From the NCBI GenBank assembly GCA_964462865.1, contig CAYWZO010000002.1, forward strand, positions 820-64,819: a stretch of 64,000 nucleotides of DNA. The letters run 5' to 3'. The DNA comes from an uncultured Dehalococcoidaceae bacterium (GTDB lineage: Bacteria; Chloroflexota; Dehalococcoidia; Dehalococcoidales; RBG-16-60-22). Shown here one piece after another: positions 1-9,383 of the stretch (within the stretch, counting starts at the first letter, position 1; each line of letters starts with the position of its first letter). Made by a program: the position numbers and the translations under genes. The notes under the pieces were generated by a model. The model searched no databases. It was not told where the DNA came from and worked only from the letters and a program-made list of their open reading frames with translations.

Positions 1-1
1 G

Positions 2-685
2 CAGAACCTGGTCGCGGAGGAAGACGAGCGGCGCAGGATTGCCCGTGAGCTCCACGATGACACCAGCCAGTCGCTTTCCGGGATAGCCCTCCAGATACAG
101 GCGCTGATAGAAATGTCCTCGATATCCGGCCAGGAAAACCCGGAATTCATAACCGCGTTGAAAAAAGTTCAGGCACTGACGGTACAGGTGCACAAGGAAG
201 TCAGCCGTCTGATATCCAATCTGCATCCGGCGCTCCTGGATACCCTGGGACTGGTACCGGCGGTCCGCCAGTACGCGGAGTCGAGGCTGCAACCCCTGGA
301 TATCGGCGTAAACGTGGCCACCCGGGGAACGATGATGAGGTTCCCCGCCGATGTTGAAGCGGCGCTCTTCCGCTTTATCCAGGGAGCCATAGGCAATATC
401 ATCCAGCATTCCAGTGCCAAGAATGTCACGGTGATGCTGGAGTACCAGCCGGACGAGTTCCTGATGACCATCCATGACGACGGGCAGGGATTCAACGTCG
501 CCGAGATTACCGATGTCGAAGAAAGCGGGAGAGGCCGCGGTCTCTTCAGCATGAGGGAAAGAATCGGCTTCCTGGGCGGCACCAGCGGCATCGAGTCGGA
601 AATCGGCCAGGGAACGACGGTCTGGGCCCGCATACCCGTAGGCCAGGAAATAGAATATGCAGAAAATAAAAGTACTGGTAGTTGA
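2..685 (+). CDS. Sensor histidine kinase, C-terminal part (HisKA_3 H-box + HATPase_c); 5' end lies outside the window
   Basis: The frame is open from nt 2 and reads QNLVAEEDERRRIARELHDDTSQSL, the H-box of NarX/DegS-type kinases. ATPase-box-like stretches follow (IQHSSAKNV, HDDGQGF, GRGLFSMRERI, GQGTTV). It overlaps the next gene by 29 nt. Confidence 0.9.
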   Translation, partial: QNLVAEEDERRRIARELHDDTSQSLSGIALQIQALIEMSSISGQENPEFITALKKVQALTVQVHKEVSRLISNLHPALLDTLGLVPAVRQYAESRLQPLDIGVNVATRGTMMRFPADVEAALFRFIQGAIGNIIQHSSAKNVTVMLEYQPDEFLMTIHDDGQGFNVAEITDVEESGRGRGLFSMRERIGFLGGTSGIESEIGQGTTVWARIPVGQEIEYAENKSTGS

Positions 686-1310
686 TGACCATACCATCGT
701 GCGTGACGGCATCTGCGCTTTACTCTCACTGGCCGGGGATATCGAGGTGGTGGGTGAGGCTACCAACGGCAGCGAAGCCCTGAAAAAGGTCGGCGAGCTC
801 AATCCCGATGTGGTCCTCATGGACATTGCCATGCCGGTCATGGGAGGGCTGGAAGCGACGCGCCGGATAAACAAGGAATTCCCCCGGACCAAAGTGCTCG
901 TGCTGACCCAGTATGATGATAAAGAGTATTTTTTCCCCGTCATCGAGTCCGGGGCCTCCGGCTTCATCAGCAAAGCGGCGGCATCCTCGGAACTCACCAC
1001 GGGCATACGCTCGGTATACCGGGGAGACTCCTACCTTTCCCCGTCGGTAACGCGGCTCCTGGTGGAAAATTACCAGCACTCTGCCGGGGAGCGCGCCAAT
1101 CGGGACCCGTATCATAATCTGACGGGACGCGAGCGCGAGGTTCTCAAGCTGCTCGCCGAGGGACGCAGCACGCAGGAAATCTCGGAGATGCTGATCATCA
1201 CACCCAAGACCGTGGAAGGCCACAAGACCAACCTCATGGCCAAGCTGGGCGTTCATAACCGCGTGGAACTGGTGAAATACGCCTTACGCAAGGGTATCAT
1301 CAATATTTAG
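657..1310 (+). CDS. NarL/FixJ-family response regulator (REC + LuxR-type HTH)
   Basis: KVLVVDDH, DVVLMDIAMP (acceptor Asp context) and FISKAA (conserved Lys). The C-terminus reads LTGREREVLKLLAEGRSTQEISEMLIITPKTVEGHKTNLMAKLG. Confidence 0.9.
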   Translation: MQKIKVLVVDDHTIVRDGICALLSLAGDIEVVGEATNGSEALKKVGELNPDVVLMDIAMPVMGGLEATRRINKEFPRTKVLVLTQYDDKEYFFPVIESGASGFISKAAASSELTTGIRSVYRGDSYLSPSVTRLLVENYQHSAGERANRDPYHNLTGREREVLKLLAEGRSTQEISEMLIITPKTVEGHKTNLMAKLGVHNRVELVKYALRKGIINI

Positions 1311-1542
1311 ACGTTTTCAGGTAACCTCTCATCGCGAGGAGTGCCCGGCGTAGCAACAACGGCAGCGCTGGCTTCTTCTTCAACCAGTTTTCTCTTTTCA
1401 TAACTCCAGGTCCTTCAGGGGATATCCCTTGAAATTCAGGGGTTTTATCTGCCCATCATCGGGGTAAATACCCTATTTCTCATCTCCGGGTAATGGCTTA
1501 TAGTGAAATTTATAAGGCGCTCCCGGTGAAAGGAGGCCAGGC

Positions 1543-2346
1543 ATGGAAAAGCAACATACGATTCTGATTGTGGATGACGAACACGATTTTGTTGAAGCCC
1601 TCAAAAAGGTCCTGGAAAAGGAAGCATACCATGTTGTCACCGCCGCCGACCGGGAAGAAGCCGAGAAGATGGTACGCTCCCACGAACCCGAAGCGATTAT
1701 TCTGGGTACGATTATGCCCCGGGGCGACGCCTTCCTGTTTCACAAGTGGATGAAACAGACCCTGGGCTTCAGCAACCTGCCCCTCATGGTCATCAACGCC
1801 CCGCCGGAGAAACAGCTGCTCAAAGGCTGGAGGATGGATGAGGGCATGCAGATGGATGCCGAAGATTTCCTGGCCAAGCCGGTGGAGCCGGCAGCCCTGG
1901 TTCCCCGCGTCCGTGCCCTGATGGACCGGGCGACCAAGAAAATCAGGGTATTGATTGTGGACGACCATGCCGTGGTCAGGGACGGCATCAGGTCGGTGCT
2001 TACCCTGCAAAGGGACATGCAGGTTATCGGCGAGGCCGTCAACGGTCGGGAGGCCCTGGAAAAGACCCGTGAACTCATGCCGGACGTAGTGGTCATGGAC
2101 ATCGTCATGCCGGAGATGAACGGGCTCGATGCCGCCCGGGAGATATGCCAGAAATACAAGACCGCCAAGGTGCTGATGCTGACGCAGTATGATGATGAAG
2201 AAAACGTCCTGGCCAGTAAAAAGGTGGGGGCGGTGGGGTTTATTCCCAAGGCGGCCGCCAGTTCCCGGCTGCTGACCGGGATACGGTCGGTGGCCCGGGG
2301 CGACCAGTCATGGATAGAATCACTCCAGCCGAAGGTTCAGGAGTAG
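1543..2346 (+). CDS. Tandem receiver protein (REC-REC, no output domain); first REC is probably a pseudo-receiver
   Basis: REC1 reads ILIVDDEHDF...AIILGTIMP...LAKP, with Gly where the acceptor Asp is expected. REC2 reads VLIVDDHAVV...DVVVMDIVMPEMNG...FIPKAA and is NarL-like, but the protein ends without an HTH. AGGAGG RBS upstream. The stop lies 7 nt before the next gene. Confidence 0.8.
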   Translation: MEKQHTILIVDDEHDFVEALKKVLEKEAYHVVTAADREEAEKMVRSHEPEAIILGTIMPRGDAFLFHKWMKQTLGFSNLPLMVINAPPEKQLLKGWRMDEGMQMDAEDFLAKPVEPAALVPRVRALMDRATKKIRVLIVDDHAVVRDGIRSVLTLQRDMQVIGEAVNGREALEKTRELMPDVVVMDIVMPEMNGLDAAREICQKYKTAKVLMLTQYDDEENVLASKKVGAVGFIPKAAASSRLLTGIRSVARGDQSWIESLQPKVQE

Positions 2347-2352
2347 ACCGGA

Positions 2353-5043
2353 GTGGAAGCGATAACCATCGTCCTGAACGGCGTTGAAGTCAGTGGCTAT
2401 CCGGGGACGACGATTCTGGACCTGGCGCGCGAATCCGGTGTCTACATTCCTACCCTCTGCGATGATCCCAACCTCGCCCCGATAGGCGCCTGCCGGCTTT
2501 GCCTGGTGGAAGACGAGCGCAACGGGGCCCTGCTGGCCTCCTGCGTGGCGCCCATCTCGCCGGGGATGGTCATCAACACCCGCTCGCCGCGCGTGGTGGA
2601 GCACCGTAAAAAAATCCTCAAGCTTTTACTGGCCAGCCACCCCGATTCCTGCCTCGTCTGTGATAAAGGGAACCGCTGCCAGCTCCGTAAACTCGCGGCG
2701 GAGATGGGCATCGGCCTGGTGGAATACCAGAGAATCCCCCAGCCGGACGTCATCGAAGAGGTCAATCCCTTCATCGAGCGCGACCTCTCCAAGTGCATCA
2801 TGTGCGGCAAGTGCATCAGGGTTGACCAGGAGCTGGTCGTGGAGGGGGCCATCGACTATATCCAGCGTGGCACCGCCGTCAGACCGGCGACGCTGAACGA
2901 CACCCCCCTGGAAAAATCTGAATGTACTTTTTGCGGGGCCTGCGTGGCGGTCTGCCCCACCGGTGCGCTCATGGAAAAAGACAGATTGTATACCGGGACG
3001 GCGCCGACCGAGGTGACCACGGTATGCCCCTATTGCGGTTGTGGCTGCGGGCTGGCGCTGGGAGTAAAGGACGGTAAAATAGTATCCAGCCGCCCTGCCG
3101 CCAATGGCGTGGTAAACCGGAGCACACTGTGTGTCCGCGGGAGCTACGGCCTGGATTTCGTACACAGTCCGGAGAGGCTACGCCATCCGCTGGTCAGGGT
3201 TGACGGCCAGCTCCGGGAAGCCACCTGGGAAGAAGCCCTCTCGCTGGTCGCCAACGGCCTGAAAAGAATCAAGGAAGAGAACGGCGCCGACGCCCTGGCG
3301 GTCTTCGGCTCGTCTAAGTGCACCAACGAAGAGAACTATTTACTCCAGAGGTTCGCCCGGGGCGTGCTGGGCACCAACAATATCGACAACGGCAGCCGTC
3401 TTTACAGCGCGGCGGGCCGGACGGGGCTGGGGGCGACGATAGGCTACGCCGGTACGACCGGCTCCCTCGATTCTCTGGAGAAATCACGGGTGATTATGGT
3501 CATCGGTGCCGACCCGGAGATATCGGCGCCGGTAGTGGCCTACGCTATCAAGCGTGCCGCCCGGTTCAAAGGCGCCGGACTTATCGTCATCGACCCCCGC
3601 CGTACCGCGCTGACGCAGTTTGCCCATCTCTGGCTACGTCCCCGTGTGGGTACCGACATCGCCCTGCTTAACGGGCTGGCCAGGGTAATCATCACGGAAA
3701 AAAAGCTCGATGAGGAGTTCGTCGCCCGCCGGACGGATAACTTCACGCCGTGGGCCAGAAGCCTCGAAAGCTATACGCCCTCCCGCGTGGAGGAACTGAC
3801 CGGTGTCCCACGGAAGGACGTGCAGGTGGCGGCCCGCCTGCTGGCCGGAGCGGAGGAGGCTTCGATTGTCTACGGCAACGGGATAACCCAGCAGGCCGAT
3901 GGTACCGGCGCCGCTATCGCCATCGCCAATCTGGCCATGCTCACCGGCAATACCGGACGTCGCGGGGGCATCTTCGCCCTCCAGCGGGACAACAACGCCA
4001 ACGGGGCCTGCGACATGGGCGCCCTGCCGGCTTTTCTTCCCGGTTACCGGAATGCCGATGATGCCCGTGACCGGAAACTGTTTGAAGAACGCTGGAACTG
4101 CCAGCTCCCCGCTCGCGCCGGTCTCGCGGTCACGGAGATGATAGAGCCGGATAACGGGAGCGGCGTGAGGGGGATGTTCATCATGGGCGAAAATCCGGTT
4201 GCGAGCTTTCCGCAGGCGGCGCTGGTGAAAAAGGCCCTTTCTTCCCTGGAATTCCTGGCGGTCTCCGATATCTTCCTCACGGAAACAGCCAGTCTGGCAG
4301 CGGTAGTCCTACCGGCGGCAAGCTTTGCCGAAAAGGAGGGGACGTTTACCAATTTCGAGGGGAGAGTCCAGCGCGTCTACAAGGTCATCGAGCCTGCCGG
4401 CGACAGCCTGCCCGACGGTGAAATCATCATGCGCCTGGCCGAGCTGACGGGCTCGCCCATGCCTTATAACTCCCCGCAGCAGGTACTGGAAGAGATACAG
4501 GAAATGGTACCCTTTTACCGCTATGTCAGTTACACCAGCACCGAGGTGACGGCCCTGGATATGAATGAAGGAGATAGCGAAACTCCCGGCAGCCGCCGCC
4601 TGCATAAGGGCCTGTTCCCCAGCGGTTTCGGGCGGTTCACCGCCGTGGAATTCACCCCTCCTCCGGAAGCGAGTGATAAGCAGTACCCCCTCACCTTGCT
4701 GGTCGGCTCCTCCCGTTACCAGTTCGGGACCGGGGCGCGCAGCTCGCGGTCGGCACGACTGCAGCGGTTCTCGCCGGAGGCCTGCCTGGAAATCAGCCCC
4801 GCCGACGCCGGTGACCTCGGCATCGGCCACGGTGATAAAGTCAAAGTTATTTCGGCGCAGGGGGAGATTATAACTAACGCCAGAGTAAGCGATACCCTCG
4901 CCAGCGGCCTGCTCTATATGCCTATATCCTATCCCCGGAGCCCCGTCTATGATCTGTTTGATACCGTCATTGACCGCCGGGCCAGAGCCCCGGCGCTGAA
5001 ATCATGCGCGGTCAGGCTGGAAAGGACGGCCGGGAATGGCTAA
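2353..5043 (+). CDS. Formate-dehydrogenase-alpha-like / NuoG-like molybdopterin-family oxidoreductase (2Fe-2S and 4Fe-4S N-terminus + MopB domain)
   Basis: N-terminal 2Fe-2S ferredoxin fold (YIPTLCDDPNLAPIGACRLCLVE). HPDSCLVCDKGNRC, CIMCGKCIRV and CTFCGACVAVCPTGAL clusters. MopB cluster CPYCGCGCGL. FdhF-like block SSKCTNEENYLLQRFARGVLGTNNIDN. GTG start. Confidence 0.85.
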   Translation: MEAITIVLNGVEVSGYPGTTILDLARESGVYIPTLCDDPNLAPIGACRLCLVEDERNGALLASCVAPISPGMVINTRSPRVVEHRKKILKLLLASHPDSCLVCDKGNRCQLRKLAAEMGIGLVEYQRIPQPDVIEEVNPFIERDLSKCIMCGKCIRVDQELVVEGAIDYIQRGTAVRPATLNDTPLEKSECTFCGACVAVCPTGALMEKDRLYTGTAPTEVTTVCPYCGCGCGLALGVKDGKIVSSRPAANGVVNRSTLCVRGSYGLDFVHSPERLRHPLVRVDGQLREATWEEALSLVANGLKRIKEENGADALAVFGSSKCTNEENYLLQRFARGVLGTNNIDNGSRLYSAAGRTGLGATIGYAGTTGSLDSLEKSRVIMVIGADPEISAPVVAYAIKRAARFKGAGLIVIDPRRTALTQFAHLWLRPRVGTDIALLNGLARVIITEKKLDEEFVARRTDNFTPWARSLESYTPSRVEELTGVPRKDVQVAARLLAGAEEASIVYGNGITQQADGTGAAIAIANLAMLTGNTGRRGGIFALQRDNNANGACDMGALPAFLPGYRNADDARDRKLFEERWNCQLPARAGLAVTEMIEPDNGSGVRGMFIMGENPVASFPQAALVKKALSSLEFLAVSDIFLTETASLAAVVLPAASFAEKEGTFTNFEGRVQRVYKVIEPAGDSLPDGEIIMRLAELTGSPMPYNSPQQVLEEIQEMVPFYRYVSYTSTEVTALDMNEGDSETPGSRRLHKGLFPSGFGRFTAVEFTPPPEASDKQYPLTLLVGSSRYQFGTGARSSRSARLQRFSPEACLEISPADAGDLGIGHGDKVKVISAQGEIITNARVSDTLASGLLYMPISYPRSPVYDLFDTVIDRRARAPALKSCAVRLERTAGNG

Positions 5044-5521
5044 ACAGAAAAAGGCACCCCCCGTCAGCCTGAAACAGGTAGATAAAATCATTGCCGGCTA
5101 CCGGGGACAGCAGTGGGCGCTGATACCCCTGGCGCAGGAAATCCAGGAGAAGGTCGGCTATATCCCCCCCGAGGCCATACCGCGTATCGCCAGTGCGCTG
5201 GGACTGTTCCCGGCCCAGGTACAGGGGGTGGTGACCTTTTATGCCCAGCTTTATATGAAGCCCAGGGGTAAAAATATCGTCAGGGTCTGCCGGGGCACCG
5301 CCTGTCACGTGCGCGGTGGTAAGTCCATCCTCAAGCTGGTCAGGCAGCATCTGGGTATCGAAGAAGGAGAGACCACCGAGGATATGGAATACACCCTGGA
5401 GACGGTCGCCTGCCTCGGCATCTGCGCCCTGGCGCCTAATATGATGATTAATAAAGATACTTACGGGAATCTGAACCCCAAGAAAGTCTCGCGGATATTC
5501 GGCGGGAGCAAGAAGGAGTAG
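5036..5521 (+). CDS. NuoE/HoxE/HymA-like thioredoxin-fold [2Fe-2S] subunit
   Basis: VCRGTACHVRGG ... ETVACLGICALAPNMMIN is the four-Cys NuoE signature. 8-nt overlap with the upstream gene. Confidence 0.85.
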   Translation: MAKQKKAPPVSLKQVDKIIAGYRGQQWALIPLAQEIQEKVGYIPPEAIPRIASALGLFPAQVQGVVTFYAQLYMKPRGKNIVRVCRGTACHVRGGKSILKLVRQHLGIEEGETTEDMEYTLETVACLGICALAPNMMINKDTYGNLNPKKVSRIFGGSKKE

Positions 5522-5522
5522 C

Positions 5523-8500
5523 ATGCCGCAGAAGCGCACGGTATTCGTTTGCCGCGGTACGGGATGCGTCTCGGGGGGTGGTGACGCGGTCTATGAAGCC
5601 CTTAAGGCAGAACTGGTCAAACAAGGCGTGACGGAAGCTAATATCGACTTTTCCGGCTGCCACGGTTTTTGCCAGCAGGGACCCAATGTCGTGGTGGAAC
5701 CCGACGGCATTTTCTATACCCATGTCGATGCCGATGACGCGGCTGAAATTGTGTCTTCCCACCTCCGTGATGGCCAACCGGTGAAGCGCCTCTTCTACCA
5801 GGACCCGATGACCGGTGAAGCGATACCGAAATACGCGGACATTAAATTCTACCAGGAGCAGCAGCGCGTCGTGATGCGCCATTGCGGCCACATCAACCCG
5901 GAAAACATTGACGATTATTTGACCTGCGGAGGCTATCAGTCGCTCCGGAAAGTCCTTTTCACGATGCAGCCCGGGGAGGTTATCGACCTGGTCAAGCGCT
6001 CCGGACTGCGCGGGCGGGGCGGCGCCGGCTTCCCCACCGGCAACAAGTGGGAGTTCTGCCGCAATGCCCCCGGTACCAAGAAGTATATGATCTGCAACGC
6101 CGACGAAGGCGACCCCGGCGCGTTCATGGACCGCTCCATCCTGGAAGCCGACCCTCACGCCGTCCTTGAAGGGCTGGCGATTGCCGCCTATGCCATCGGT
6201 GCCGATGAGGGCTATATCTACGTCCGCGCCGAGTACCCTCTGGCCGTACAACGCCTGCACACGGCCCTGGGGCAGGCCCAGAAAAGGGGAATCCTCGGTA
6301 ATAATATTTTAAATTCCAATTTTAGCTTAGACGTCCATATTAAAGAAGGGGCCGGGTCTTTCGTCTGTGGGGAGGAGACCGCCCTGATAGCCTCCATCGA
6401 GAGCCGGCGCGGTATGCCCCGCCCCCGCCCGCCTTTCCCCGCCAACATGGGGCTGGACGGCAAGCCTACCATTATCAATAACGTGAAAACCCTGGCCACC
6501 GTCCCCGTGATTATTGAAAGGGGGGCGGAATGGTTCGCCAGCATCGGCACGGAGAAGAGCCGGGGTACGGCCGTGTTCGCCCTCACCGGGAAAATCGCCA
6601 ACAGCGGGCTGGTCGAGGTGCCCATGGGCACACCGCTGTCCCATATCGTTTACAAAATCGGGGGAGGCATTCCCAAGGGGAGACAGCTCAAGGCCGTGCA
6701 GACCGGCGGCCCTTCCGGCGGCTGTATCCCCGCCCGCTTCATCGAGACGCCCATCGAGTACGAGACGTTGGCCAAACTCGGCTCCATCATGGGCTCCGGC
6801 GGCATGGTGGTCATGGACGAGGCCACCTGCATGGTGGAGGTGGCGCGTTTCTTCGTCTCCTTCACCCAGAGCGAGTCCTGCGGCAAGTGCACCCCCTGCC
6901 GGCTGGGCACCCGGCAGATGCTGGCGATACTGACCAGGATTACCGAAGGCAAAGGGCGAGATGGAGATATTGAGGAACTGCTTTCAATCGCTAAGACAGT
7001 AAAAGAGTGCTCGCTCTGCGGTCTGGGGCAGACCGCCCCGAACCCCGTCCTCTCCACCATCAACTATTTCCGTGACGAATACGAGGCGCATATAAAGGAG
7101 AAGAGATGCCCGGCCGCGGTCTGCGAGGCGCTGATGATATCGCCCTGCCAGCATACCTGCCCGGCGGGTATTAATATTCCCAAATATGTGGCCTATATCG
7201 CCGACGGCGACTACAAATCGGCCATCGAAACCATCCGGGAGCGTAATCCCTTCGCCGCCGTGTGCGGGCGCATCTGCCACCACCCCTGCGAGGGGCGGTG
7301 CCGCCGCGGCGAACTGGATGACCCTGTGGCCATCCGTACCCTCAAACGTTTTGCCGCCGACTGGTACGCGGAGCACGGCGCCGAAATCGGCGATATCCAG
7401 CCGTTCCCCCAGACCAAGAAGCAGAAAGTGGCGGTGGTGGGGGCGGGGCCCACCGGCCTGGCCTGCGCCTATTTCCTGGCGCAGGCAGGTTACGGCACCA
7501 CGGTTTACGAAGCCCTGCCGGTGGGCGGCGGTATGCTTTCCGTGGCTATACCGGAGTTCCGCCTGCCGCGAACCGCCATCCAGCAGGACATCGAATATAT
7601 TATGAAGCGCGGGGTGGAGATAAAATATAACACCCCGATTAACACCAATTTTACTATTGACCACCTGAAAAAGGACGGCTACGCCGCCGTCTTTATCGCC
7701 GCCGGGGCCCAGCGCAGTCAGCGCCTCGGTATACCCGGCGAAGTTGAGGACATCGAAGGGCTTTACTACGGGCTGCGCTTTCTCCGTGATGTGAGGCTGG
7801 GGAGGACAGCTAGGGTGGGCAAGCGCGTGGCCATCATTGGCGGCGGCAACGTGGCGCTGGACGCCGCCCGGACGGCCTTACGCCTCGGCGCCGCCGAGGC
7901 CGGCATCTACTACCGCCGTTCCCGCGACGAAATGCCCGTATCCGACGTAGAGTATGAAGAAGCTTTCGCCGAGGGGGTAAAAATGAACTTCCTCGCTACC
8001 CCGACGCGGATTACCAGTGATGACTGGAAGGTGAACGGCCTGCAGTGCACCCGTATGGAGCTGGGAGAGCCCGACGACAGCGGCCGGCGCCGTCCCATCC
8101 CCATTGTCGGTTCGGAGTTCACCGTTAAAGCGGACACGGTCATTGCTGCTGTTGGCCAGGCGCCGGACCTCTCCTTCCTGCCTCCGGACAGCGCCCTGGA
8201 GCGTACCCGTTGGGAGACACTTGTCGTGGACAGCAACTCCCTGGCCACCAATGTGCCCGGTGTCTTCGCCGGCGGCGATTTCGTTACCGGGCCGGACATG
8301 GTCGTCAACGCCATCGCCGCGGGGAGGCGGGGGGCCATCGCCATCGATAAATACCTTCGAGGTGATACCTCCCGCGTCGAGGTTTACGACCGCAAATCCA
8401 AGGAGGTCATCGAACGCCCGCCGGAGCTCGACGAGACCTGGGAAGAAAGACCACGGCATAAGATAGCCACCCTCCCGCTGCCGGAGAGACGTTCCAGCTT

Positions 8501-8582
8501 CGCGGAGATAGAACTCGGCTTCAGCGAGGAGGTCGCCCGGCGGGAGGCCAGGCGGTGCCTGCGCTGTGACCTGGAAGGATAA
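5523..8582 (+). CDS. Fusion protein: NuoF/HymB-like NADH-FMN-FeS module + GltD-like (glutamate synthase small-subunit type) NAD(P)H-FAD module
   Basis: N-terminal 2Fe-2S Trx-like fold (VFVCRGTGCVSGG...CHGFCQQGP). NuoF motifs GRGGAGFPTGNKW and ESCGKCTPCRLG. GltD-like FeS region CQHTCPAGINIPKY...CGRICHHPCEGRCRRG. Rossmann motif KVAVVGAGPTGLACAYFLAQAGY. VFAGGDFVTGPDMVVNAIAAGRRGA. Confidence 0.85.
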   Translation: MPQKRTVFVCRGTGCVSGGGDAVYEALKAELVKQGVTEANIDFSGCHGFCQQGPNVVVEPDGIFYTHVDADDAAEIVSSHLRDGQPVKRLFYQDPMTGEAIPKYADIKFYQEQQRVVMRHCGHINPENIDDYLTCGGYQSLRKVLFTMQPGEVIDLVKRSGLRGRGGAGFPTGNKWEFCRNAPGTKKYMICNADEGDPGAFMDRSILEADPHAVLEGLAIAAYAIGADEGYIYVRAEYPLAVQRLHTALGQAQKRGILGNNILNSNFSLDVHIKEGAGSFVCGEETALIASIESRRGMPRPRPPFPANMGLDGKPTIINNVKTLATVPVIIERGAEWFASIGTEKSRGTAVFALTGKIANSGLVEVPMGTPLSHIVYKIGGGIPKGRQLKAVQTGGPSGGCIPARFIETPIEYETLAKLGSIMGSGGMVVMDEATCMVEVARFFVSFTQSESCGKCTPCRLGTRQMLAILTRITEGKGRDGDIEELLSIAKTVKECSLCGLGQTAPNPVLSTINYFRDEYEAHIKEKRCPAAVCEALMISPCQHTCPAGINIPKYVAYIADGDYKSAIETIRERNPFAAVCGRICHHPCEGRCRRGELDDPVAIRTLKRFAADWYAEHGAEIGDIQPFPQTKKQKVAVVGAGPTGLACAYFLAQAGYGTTVYEALPVGGGMLSVAIPEFRLPRTAIQQDIEYIMKRGVEIKYNTPINTNFTIDHLKKDGYAAVFIAAGAQRSQRLGIPGEVEDIEGLYYGLRFLRDVRLGRTARVGKRVAIIGGGNVALDAARTALRLGAAEAGIYYRRSRDEMPVSDVEYEEAFAEGVKMNFLATPTRITSDDWKVNGLQCTRMELGEPDDSGRRRPIPIVGSEFTVKADTVIAAVGQAPDLSFLPPDSALERTRWETLVVDSNSLATNVPGVFAGGDFVTGPDMVVNAIAAGRRGAIAIDKYLRGDTSRVEVYDRKSKEVIERPPELDETWEERPRHKIATLPLPERRSSFAEIELGFSEEVARREARRCLRCDLEG

Positions 8583-8586
8583 CGAT

Positions 8587-8722
8587 GGAATTAGAGGTAA
8601 TTTGTCATTGCGAGCCCTTCCCAGAAGGGCGTGGCAATCCCCGAGTCCGGTTGGGAACAGTGAGCGAGATTGCCACGTCGCCTGCGGCTCCTCGCAATGA
8701 CAATCGGGAATAGAGGTGATTG
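8587..8722. repeat. MITE-like palindromic insertion: 98-nt element with nested inverted repeats, flanked by an imperfect ~16-nt direct repeat
   Basis: Terminal inverted repeat GTCATTGCGAG (8604-8614) / CTCGCAATGAC (8691-8701). Inner inverted repeat CGTGGCAATC (8630-8639) / GATTGCCACG (8668-8677). Flanks GGAATTAGAGGTAATTTG (8587-8604) and GGAATAGAGGTGATTG (8707-8722). The right flank is the metV Shine-Dalgarno region. Confidence 0.55.
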
Positions 8723-8725
8723 GCC

Positions 8726-9370
8726 ATGAAATCTATAACCAGGCAAAAAACTATAGAGGAAATTCAAAAGAGCCTGCAGGGCCTGGACCGGGTCTTTATT
8801 ATCGGCTGCGGCACCTGCACCACCCTGACCAAGACCGGCGGCACCGACCAGGTCGAGGAGATGAAAGGGAAACTCCAGGAAATGGGTAAGCGCGTTACCG
8901 GCACGACGGTAATCCCCACCGCCTGTGACGACATGACCGAGGCCGCCATGCTGGAGAACGGGCAGTTTATCCGCGGCTCCGATTGCATTCTGTCCATGAG
9001 CTGCGCCCTGGGCGTGCACCGTATGAATCTGTACGTCGGCAAGCCGGTGATTCCGGCGGTGGACACCCTGTTCATCGGCGTCGAGGAGACGCCGGGCTAC
9101 TTCCGCGAGGCCTGCGCCCAGTGCGGCCAGTGCCTCCTCGGCGAGACGGCCGGCATCTGCCCCATCACCGCCTGCCATAAAGGGCTGGTCAACGGCCCCT
9201 GCGGCGGCACCAATAACGGCAAGTGCGAGGTCGATAAGGAGAAGGACTGCGCCTGGACCCTCATCTACAATCGACTCAAGGAGCAGGGCCGTCTCGACCT
9301 GATGCGCCAGTACCAGCCGCCCCGGAACCACCACATCGTGGCCCGGCCGAGGGCGATGACTTTTAAATGA
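8726..9370 (+). CDS. metV: MetV (methylenetetrahydrofolate reductase C-terminal-domain / zinc-ribbon partner of MetF)
   Basis: CPITACHKGLVNGPCGGTNNGKCEV motif and Cys-rich IIGCGTCTT. It sits directly upstream of metF. ATG at 8726 is preceded by GAGGTGAT. The ORF track starts at TTG 8720. Confidence 0.8.
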   Translation: MKSITRQKTIEEIQKSLQGLDRVFIIGCGTCTTLTKTGGTDQVEEMKGKLQEMGKRVTGTTVIPTACDDMTEAAMLENGQFIRGSDCILSMSCALGVHRMNLYVGKPVIPAVDTLFIGVEETPGYFREACAQCGQCLLGETAGICPITACHKGLVNGPCGGTNNGKCEVDKEKDCAWTLIYNRLKEQGRLDLMRQYQPPRNHHIVARPRAMTFK

Positions 9371-9383
9371 GGGGGTGAGGACC

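Noticed and set aside
2353-5043. Selenocysteine (in-frame TGA + SECIS) in the Fdh-alpha-like gene
   Set aside because: The ORF is continuous with no internal TGA. The position expected for Sec/Cys reads Tyr by my alignment.
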